Shown here: piece after piece, positions 15,944 to 24,922 of the stretch
How positions within the stretch are numbered: position 1 is the first letter of the stretch
Layout of the letters: every line of letters starts with the position of its first letter
Assembly: GCA_046075565.1 (NCBI GenBank)
Contig: JBJTQJ010000080.1
Location: forward strand, 1 to 24,922
Source: Verrucomicrobiales bacterium
GTDB taxonomy: Bacteria; Verrucomicrobiota; Verrucomicrobiia; Verrucomicrobiales; SLCJ01
Length of the DNA stretch: 24,922 bases
Reading direction: 5' to 3'
Translations under genes and position numbers: made by a program
Notes under the pieces: model-generated
Seen by the model: only the letters and a program-made list of their open reading frames with translations
Database searches by the model: none
What the model was told of the DNA's origin: nothing

Positions 15944-17353
15944 ATGCATACCCAACGTCGTTCCTTCCTGCGCGGCAGTGCTGCCGCCGCGTTTTCCCTC
16001 GTCCTTCCGCGCGGTCTTCGTGCCCAGGATGCCAACAAAAAACTCCAGGTCGCCTGTGTCGGTGTAGGCGGGCAAGGTGGGGGTGACATGGAACGAGTGA
16101 TGCAGGGTGCCCGCGTCATCGGCATCTGCGATGTGGACTCGACCCGTCTCGACAAAGCGGCCACCAAAGCAACCGAAGCAGAAAAGTTCCGCGACTTCCG
16201 CGAGATGATCGACAAACTCGGCGACAAACTCGATGGTGTTGTAATTTCCACTCCCGATCACGCTCATTTCCCGGCCGCGATGCACGCGATCTCGCGGGGC
16301 AAACATGTGATGGTGCAGAAACCACTCGTGAACACACTCTGGGAAGCCGACCAACTTCGTCAGGCTGCCGCGAAAAAAGGGGTCACCACCAACATGGGCA
16401 ACCAAGGCCACACCGGCAACGGCATCCGCCGCCTGCGCGAATGGGTGAAAATGGGCGCCATCGGCAAGGTGCGCGAGGTCCACGTCTGGACCAACCGTCC
16501 GATTTGGCCGCAAGGGGTGGAAAAATACGCAGAGGCCGAATGCCCCGAAACACTCGACTGGAAACTCTGGCAAGCGGCGAATCCCGATTCGCACTACATA
16601 GACGGCGTGCATCCTTTCAAATGGCGCGGTCACCTTCAATACGGAGCCGGCGCCATGGGCGACATGGGTTGCCACATCATGGACGGCCCATTCTGGGCCT
16701 GCGGGCTCACCTCGCCTTCGCGGATGGTCGCAGAGGTGCAGGGCCTGACCAATTGCAGTTGGCCGAAAGGTGGCAAAGTCATCTGCGACTTCGAGAAAGA
16801 AGGCATCGTCTTCAATTGGTATGAAGGAAAAGATTCCAATGACGACCCCTATCTACCATTGGCCGCTCTGGAACCCTTCATCAAGGACAAGAAAACCATG
16901 CCCTGGAAGGTCAAGGACAAGATGGAATGGATTCCGATCGATCCGCGCCGCTTCCGCGTGAACCCAGCCATCGGCGGCTTCCTCATCATCGGTGAATCCG
17001 GCGCCTTCATGAATTTCGGCGACTACTGCGACAGCCCGTTCCTCATCGGACAAGAAGCGCATGAGAAATGGATGGCAGCCCACGGCAAGGTCGAGATCGA
17101 AGAAAGCCTCGCCCCCGGCAACCCGCAGCTCGAGTGGGTGCGGGCCATCGAAAAGGGCGTCAAACCCGGTTCGAACTTCGACTACTCGGTGCCGCTCACC
17201 GAACTCTGCCTGCTCGGGAACCTCGCCATGCGCTGCGGTGGCACCACCACGTGGGATACCGCCAAACGCACCACCGGCAAGGCGGAGCACGACAAGTTCC
17301 TCAAGCGCCCGGCCTATCGCGCGGGTTACGACTACACCGCGGAAAAGGTGTAA
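15944..17353 (+). CDS. Tat-exported Gfo/Idh/MocA-family oxidoreductase
   Basis: Twin-arginine signal QRRSFL from ATG 15944; VGVGGQG, STPDHAH, HVMVQKP, MGNQG, GAMGDMGCH. Confidence 0.93.
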   Translation: MHTQRRSFLRGSAAAAFSLVLPRGLRAQDANKKLQVACVGVGGQGGGDMERVMQGARVIGICDVDSTRLDKAATKATEAEKFRDFREMIDKLGDKLDGVVISTPDHAHFPAAMHAISRGKHVMVQKPLVNTLWEADQLRQAAAKKGVTTNMGNQGHTGNGIRRLREWVKMGAIGKVREVHVWTNRPIWPQGVEKYAEAECPETLDWKLWQAANPDSHYIDGVHPFKWRGHLQYGAGAMGDMGCHIMDGPFWACGLTSPSRMVAEVQGLTNCSWPKGGKVICDFEKEGIVFNWYEGKDSNDDPYLPLAALEPFIKDKKTMPWKVKDKMEWIPIDPRRFRVNPAIGGFLIIGESGAFMNFGDYCDSPFLIGQEAHEKWMAAHGKVEIEESLAPGNPQLEWVRAIEKGVKPGSNFDYSVPLTELCLLGNLAMRCGGTTTWDTAKRTTGKAEHDKFLKRPAYRAGYDYTAEKV

Positions 17354-17481
17354 TCGGGAAAAACCACTCCGCTACATCGATTCCGGAATGGGGAAAAACG
17401 ATCGTTTTCCGCATTCCATGGATCGCGGCTTGACCTCCGGACCGTTTCCGTGCCAATTTGACGGGACCCAATCTCTCTCCC

Positions 17482-17937
17482 ATGGCCGTGTCCCCCATCC
17501 CCGAAGGTTACCAGTCGATCATTCCTTCGCTCAATGTCCGCGACGGCGAGGCCGCCATTGCTTTTTACGCCGCCGCCTTCGACGCGCACGAGCAGTTCTG
17601 CATGACCGGACCCGACGACAAGGTCATGCATTCCGAATTGCTCATCGGTGATTGCGTGTTTTTCCTCGCCGAAGAGGCCCCGGAGTGGGATGCCCTCAGT
17701 CCACAAACCCTCGGAGGATGTCCGATGAGCCTGAACATGTATACCAAGGATTGCGACGCTCTCACCGCCCGCGCGGTCGCCGCCGGAGCAACCATTCTCC
17801 GCGAACCAACCAATTATTCCTGGGGCGAACGCAGTTCGCTGGTGCTCGATCCCTTCGGCTACCGCTGGGGCATCTGCACCCGCATTGAAGAGGTGAGCCC
17901 GGAAGAAATCGCCCGGCGTCTCCGGGAAGAAATGTGA
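17482..17937 (+). CDS. VOC/glyoxalase (PhnB-like) protein
   Basis: IPEGYQSIIPSL, AIAFYAAAF, VMHSEL.IGD, WGER...DPFGYRW. Confidence 0.92.
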   Translation: MAVSPIPEGYQSIIPSLNVRDGEAAIAFYAAAFDAHEQFCMTGPDDKVMHSELLIGDCVFFLAEEAPEWDALSPQTLGGCPMSLNMYTKDCDALTARAVAAGATILREPTNYSWGERSSLVLDPFGYRWGICTRIEEVSPEEIARRLREEM

Positions 17938-17940
17938 GCC

Positions 17941-18708
17941 GTGCCGAATTCCTTGTTAAAACTCGCCCGGCTCGGCGACGGACCGGAAATATTCCACACC
18001 CTGCAGGGTGAGGGCGTTTCCGCCGGACGCCCCGCCGTTTTTGTCCGGCTATCGCTTTGTAACCTGCATTGCCGTTGGTGCGACACCGATTACACATGGA
18101 ATTGGGAAGGCACTCCCTTCGCCCATGACCGGGATCAGGAAGCCGGTTATGTGAAATACAAACAGGAAGAGCAGACCATCAGCCTTTCGCCAGAGGATGT
18201 AGCGCGCGTCGTGGCAGACTGGCCGACAAAACGGGTCGTCCTAACCGGGGGTGAACCATTGCTCCAGCAAAGCGGGCTGCGCATGCTCGCCACAGAACTG
18301 CGGAGCCGGGATTCGTCGTATGTTTTCGAGGTCGAGACCAATGGCACGCTGTTGCCCGAAGAAGATCTGGACCCGCTTATGGATCAATACAATGTCAGTC
18401 CAAAGTTGGAAAACTCGGGTAACCGCCACGCCCTGCGAATCCGTCCTTCTGTGCTCGCTTGGTTTGCCGCTTCCAGCAAAGCATGGTTCAAGTTTGTCAT
18501 TACATCTCAGGACGATCTCGCCGAGATACGCACGATCATCACCGACGCCGGAATCTCCAACGAACGGGTCATTCTGATGCCCGAAGGGAGAACGCCCGAA
18601 GCCATTGCCACACACCGTGAGTTGGTGGTGAAACTCTGCCTGGATCACGGCTACACCTTTAATGATCGCCTCCACCTCCGTCTCTTTGGAGCACGCCGGG
18701 GAACTTGA
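17941..18708 (+). CDS. queE: 7-carboxy-7-deazaguanine synthase (radical SAM)
   Basis: EIFHTLQGEG, FVRLSLCNLHCRWCDT (CxxxCxxC), LTGGEPLLQ, EVETNG, NVSPKL, RLH; GTG start. Confidence 0.92.
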   Translation: MPNSLLKLARLGDGPEIFHTLQGEGVSAGRPAVFVRLSLCNLHCRWCDTDYTWNWEGTPFAHDRDQEAGYVKYKQEEQTISLSPEDVARVVADWPTKRVVLTGGEPLLQQSGLRMLATELRSRDSSYVFEVETNGTLLPEEDLDPLMDQYNVSPKLENSGNRHALRIRPSVLAWFAASSKAWFKFVITSQDDLAEIRTIITDAGISNERVILMPEGRTPEAIATHRELVVKLCLDHGYTFNDRLHLRLFGARRGT

Positions 18709-18720
18709 CAGCGCTTCCCT

Positions 18721-19980
18721 TCAGATGCCCCGATCCTCCCAGAGGCAGGCCATCGGCACGGCCAGAATTTCTGGGTCGCCAAGCGGCAGGAGGTGCGGGC
18801 CATCGTAAAGCACGATGCCACCCGCGAAGTCACTGCCCGCGGAAGTAGCCAAGCGGCGCAAGCCCCGACCATCGGAAGAGTGGAGAGTGGTGGCGGCCTT
18901 CACTTCGATGCCCCAGACCCTGCTACCGCGCGTGAGCACGAGATCCACTTCTACCTGATCCTTGTCACGGTAGTGCCAGAAGCGGATGTCCGGATCTGTC
19001 CAACCGGCCATGGCCACGAGTTGTTGCAGCACGAATGATTCGAGCACATGGCCGAATTGCTCCCGTTTGCCATTCCAGTCTCCGGGCTCGAGACCCATGC
19101 GCGAGGCCGCCAGTCCGCTATCCACCAGATGAACCTTCGGGGTTTTGATCAGACGGTTGCAGCCATTGCGATGCCACGCCGGCAGGCGGCGGATCAAGAA
19201 CAGACGTTCCAGGGTGGAGAGAAACCTCTCGATTGTGGCGCGATCCAAACAAAGATCTTTGGCCAGTGAGGAGACATTGAGCAATTGTCCCGTGAGATGC
19301 GCGAGCATTTCCAGCATCCGCCGGATCCCCCGGGTATCACGCACCTTCGCGACGTCGCGGACATCCCTGTCGATTACACTTTGGATATACTGTCGCTGCC
19401 AGAGCCTCGCCCGGGGCCGGGATCTCAGATTGGGCTCGGGATAGCCGCCAACGCACAAGCGCGAGGGCAGAGAGTCATCCCATGGTGAATCTTCCCTCAC
19501 CACCGGGCTGTCGAGGTCGCCGTCCAACCATCGCCGGAGAAAGCGGCCCGTGCCTCCGCGCTTTTCCGCTTCTGTGAGGGGTTCGAGGAACACACATTCC
19601 ATGCGCCCGGCCAAGGAGTCCGGCAACCGGGGGATCTGCAAGAGATTGGCTGATCCGGTCAGCAAGAATCGCCCCGGCCGCCGGTCTTCATCGACCAACT
19701 TCTTGATGGCAAGGAACAATCCCGGCGCTCGATGGACTTCGTCGATGGTGATTCCCACCGGCTGCCGAGCCAGAAACCCGGCGGCGTCCTTGCGTGCCGC
19801 GTGAAGGAGCGATTCGTCATCCAGAGTCAGATAAGCCCGGTTCGGAGCCAGGGATCTGGCCAGAGTGCTTTTTCCACACTGTCTCGGCCCAAGCAGACTC
19901 ACCACCGGCGTATCAGCCAGCGCTGCGTGAATCGCCCCCTCCAACAAGCGGGGATAAATCGGATGACTTCCTTCGTCCAT
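18721..19980 (-). CDS. AAA_14 ATPase fused to DUF4143 (HTH-like middle, C-terminal PD-(D/E)XK nuclease-like fold)
   Basis: GPRQCGKST, ITIDEV, FLLTGS, DSLAGR, GGYPE, KTPKVHLVDSG, YRDKDQVEVD...IEVK. Confidence 0.93.
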   Translation of the reverse strand: MDEGSHPIYPRLLEGAIHAALADTPVVSLLGPRQCGKSTLARSLAPNRAYLTLDDESLLHAARKDAAGFLARQPVGITIDEVHRAPGLFLAIKKLVDEDRRPGRFLLTGSANLLQIPRLPDSLAGRMECVFLEPLTEAEKRGGTGRFLRRWLDGDLDSPVVREDSPWDDSLPSRLCVGGYPEPNLRSRPRARLWQRQYIQSVIDRDVRDVAKVRDTRGIRRMLEMLAHLTGQLLNVSSLAKDLCLDRATIERFLSTLERLFLIRRLPAWHRNGCNRLIKTPKVHLVDSGLAASRMGLEPGDWNGKREQFGHVLESFVLQQLVAMAGWTDPDIRFWHYRDKDQVEVDLVLTRGSRVWGIEVKAATTLHSSDGRGLRRLATSAGSDFAGGIVLYDGPHLLPLGDPEILAVPMACLWEDRGI

Positions 19981-20066
19981 CTGCTGTATATGCTACCGTC
20001 CATTTGTAGTATTGTAGAGCGTCTATTTGCTGCATTATATGTTGTCTAATTGCTGCATAACATTGT
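19975..20066. repeat. Four direct repeats at an exact 23-bp period (core GTCYATTTGCTGYAT)
   Basis: Units start at 19975, 19998, 20021 and 20044. Confidence 0.85.
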
Positions 20067-20246
20067 TCGCTTAATTCAGAATTCATTGATTCACAATTGT
20101 TTTGTGCGCTTATTTTCCGCGATACTTTTTTGGCGATTTTGATACCACAAACTGCGTCATTTTGAGGACATTTACTGCTCTCCGGCAGCGGTTGACGGAA
20201 AATTGGAATGCGCCTCCGGCAAGTCAGGCTACACTAGACCAGATCT

Positions 20247-21734
20247 ATGACCGCGGAAACCGCCTCCATCCCCCCTGCCCCCGTGAAGAAAAAGTCATGG
20301 CGTCGCCGCTTCGGTTTCGGATTTGGCATCCTGGCTGCCGTGCTGCTCCTCCTGCGCCTCGCGCTCGCGTTTCTGTTTTCACCGCAGGCCTTGGTGGATC
20401 GGCTTGAAGCGGAAATGAACGCGCGCGTCGAAATTGGTTCGGTCTCGTTGTCTTTGTTTTCAAGCCCGGCGCGGGTGGAAATGCGTGATGTTCGCTTCGG
20501 AGAGCGCGACGTTTCCGCCGACAACGCGCTCAAGTTGAAAGACCGCCCGGCCATGGAGCGGTCGATTCTTTCCGCTTCTTCGCTCAAACTCGCCGGCTCG
20601 CCTTGGTCCTTGCTGAAGAAAGAATTCAATATCACGGAAATAGTCATCGACCAGGCCGGGGCTGACATCAGGGTGCGCGAAACCGGCGGTATGAATCTGA
20701 CCAAATTATTCCGCACGCCCGAAATCGTGGGCGGAAAACCGAATCCGAAGATCAAGTTCAAACCCATCGTCTCCGAAGACCCCGTGAATGCGGGCGCGGA
20801 AGGGGAAGCCGCCGACCCTCCCATGAAGGTCGATGATGTGCCTTTTGCCGCATCGATCAAAAGCTTTCTTATCACGGGGGCCCGCGCCCAGGCACTCTTC
20901 AAGAAGAGCGGGCGATTCTTCGATGTCTCGGATCTGCGCTTTGAGGTAACCGACCTTGATGTTGACCCCGCCAATCTGGCCACACGTAACAAGGGGCGCG
21001 TGCGCATCTCCGGAAGCATGCTCATTGCCAAACCCGAAGAAAGTCTCGAATACGCACGACTCCACATCCTCGGCGAAGGCGATATCATCCCATTTGATCC
21101 GGCTACCCGCGCGATGAATCCGACCATCAATGGTCGCCTGACTTTTGGCAAGGAATCGGTGATCAGCTACCTGCCGAGCTTGGCCAAAATCAACAAGAAG
21201 CTCGAAACCCTCAAGAAAGTTGGAATCAATATCGGAGATAAACTTGGCACCTCGGTTGACCTCCCGGACGAAAACTGGGTGGACTTCGAATATAGCAATG
21301 GGGTTTTCCGCATGCTCACCCCGCTCCACGCCCGCGCCCAGAAGATCGAAATCGAGGTTGAACCCGGTGGCTATATCCACACCGCCACCAACGATCACTT
21401 CTTCCGCGTGATTCTCGTCGGCAACCAAACACTCTCGGATCGCATGAGAGCCCAGGTCGTGGAAAAAGCGGATGTGCTTCCTTCGGGCAAGGCTCGCGAT
21501 GAGTTCCTCAAGGAGTTGATGGATTCCTTCTTCCTCGACGGGAGGTTCCGCCCCATCTGCGTCTCCAGCGGCGAAATCGGTGACCCCGAAGTCGAACTTG
21601 AGAACAAAATGCCCGATTTGGGCAAATATCTCAAGGGAGTGCTCGGCGACATCGGTATCGATCCCGAAACCCAGAAGGACCTCGAGGAAGCCGGGAGCAA
21701 GCTTCTCGAAAGCCTGCTAAAGCGGAACAAGTGA
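20247..21734 (+). CDS. AsmA-family-like membrane-anchored protein
   Basis: Basic N-terminus plus one TM helix, then EIGSVSLSLF, WSLLKKEFNITEIVID, GGMNLTKL (AsmA N-terminal pattern). Confidence 0.7.
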   Translation: MTAETASIPPAPVKKKSWRRRFGFGFGILAAVLLLLRLALAFLFSPQALVDRLEAEMNARVEIGSVSLSLFSSPARVEMRDVRFGERDVSADNALKLKDRPAMERSILSASSLKLAGSPWSLLKKEFNITEIVIDQAGADIRVRETGGMNLTKLFRTPEIVGGKPNPKIKFKPIVSEDPVNAGAEGEAADPPMKVDDVPFAASIKSFLITGARAQALFKKSGRFFDVSDLRFEVTDLDVDPANLATRNKGRVRISGSMLIAKPEESLEYARLHILGEGDIIPFDPATRAMNPTINGRLTFGKESVISYLPSLAKINKKLETLKKVGINIGDKLGTSVDLPDENWVDFEYSNGVFRMLTPLHARAQKIEIEVEPGGYIHTATNDHFFRVILVGNQTLSDRMRAQVVEKADVLPSGKARDEFLKELMDSFFLDGRFRPICVSSGEIGDPEVELENKMPDLGKYLKGVLGDIGIDPETQKDLEEAGSKLLESLLKRNK

Positions 21735-21808
21735 AGCGGGAGAGCGCGAGCCTCCATCGAACGAAGGCGAGATCTTGCGGCTTAAGCCAGGTCTATCTGA
21801 CACGCCCG

Positions 21809-21934
21809 GCCACTTTGTCACGGTATCCCTCGCCAGTTTGGCTCAATCGCAGCGGCAAGAACCTTAAGAATCCCTCCAAAACCATTGAAAAACATGTGTT
21901 TAACGCTCGCCACGCCTTCGGCCCGCTTTGTGCT
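21809..21934 (+). promoter_or_regulatory. Putative sigma-54 promoter of clpB with tandem upstream activator-like sites
   Basis: CGGCCCGCTTTGTGCT (GG-N10-GC, 21919-21934); GCCACTTTGTC (21809) and GCCAGTTTGGC (21832) upstream. Confidence 0.55.
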
Positions 21935-21966
21935 GCCCAGAGTTCCGAGAAGTTTACCCCATTCCT

Positions 21967-24549
<2,583 letters not shown>

Positions 24550-24550
24550 C

Positions 24551-24781
24551 CTATCGACTCTCCAGCCAAGCCCGCCATCCGCCGAAGGAGGTGATTTCGG
24601 TCGCCCCATTGGTGGCTCGGGGCTCGGCGATGAAGCCGGGCACTTCGCTGCCGTCATCGAGTTGCACTTTCCCGATTCCGAGTGGAGCGGGGATGGCTGC
24701 GACGAACTCTCCGAATTGGGAGGGATCGAGTTCCCAAACTTCGATGGCGATGGCTGCGCCGTTTTCATCGTCCCGCACTAG
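24551..24781 (-). pseudogene. atzF: C-terminal fragment of allophanate hydrolase (AtzF-type C domain)
   Basis: GLVRDDENGAAIAIEVWELDPSQFGEFVAAIPAPLGIGKVQLDDG..GFIAE..EITSFGGWRAWL; resemblance stops upstream of GLVR. Confidence 0.8.
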
Positions 24782-24922
24782 CCCGACTTTCGCAACTGGG
24801 AGCAAAAAATGGCTTTTTTCACCCGTTTGCCGCGCTGGAGCCCTTGATATTGCTGGGGCCTTCTCCGAAAACGGCGTGTAGTGAAGACCTGCCCTCTTCA
24901 CGTCCCTGGATTTGCCGCTATA
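24782..24922. mobile_element. Probable insertion-sequence end inserted at CTAG; transposase not in window
   Basis: Coding resemblance breaks exactly at CTAG (24778-24781); the following CCCGACTTTCGCAACTGGG...AAAAAATGGCTTTTTT...CCCTTGATATTGCTGGGG looks non-coding. Confidence 0.5.

Noticed and set aside
19975-20066. Mini-CRISPR interpretation of the 23-bp array
   Set aside because: Variable parts are only 8 bp, the core is 15 bp and degenerate, and there are no cas genes in the window.

Overview
High-GC bacterial chromosome segment, most consistent with Verrucomicrobia (Luteolibacter/Haloferula-like). Support: PEP-CTERM protein, H-X9-DG pseudopilin, 'AG..SGKDGK' beta-barrel leader and a TGTTC-N4-GAAC LexA box. 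The left ~9 kb is a LacI-associated, polysaccharide-utilisation-like locus: a secreted beta-repeat protein cut by the window edge, a 1406-aa multidomain sulfatase, a PEP-CTERM protein, a pseudopilin and a divergent LacI regulator. Three of its upstream regions share an operator-like motif. The rest is mostly housekeeping: a double-DUF3592/arrestin-like gene with an internal amber codon plus an arrestin-like partner, rph, an outer-membrane beta-barrel, a small P-loop ATPase, tyrA, dinB with an SOS box, a Tat-exported Gfo/Idh/MocA oxidoreductase, a VOC protein, queE, an AAA_14/DUF4143 ATPase-nuclease, an AsmA-like protein, clpB with a sigma-54-type promoter, and an allophanate-hydrolase 3' fragment apparently cut by an IS end at CTAG. 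The most notable unexplained structures are a 4 x 23-bp iteron-like array over the DUF4143 start codon, a REPIN whose two GTAG-REPs covary, a frameshift removing the Arg tail of the PEP-CTERM signal, a duplicated promoter/leader cassette, and a nested inverted-repeat element. All family assignments are from motif recognition by eye; no searches were run.
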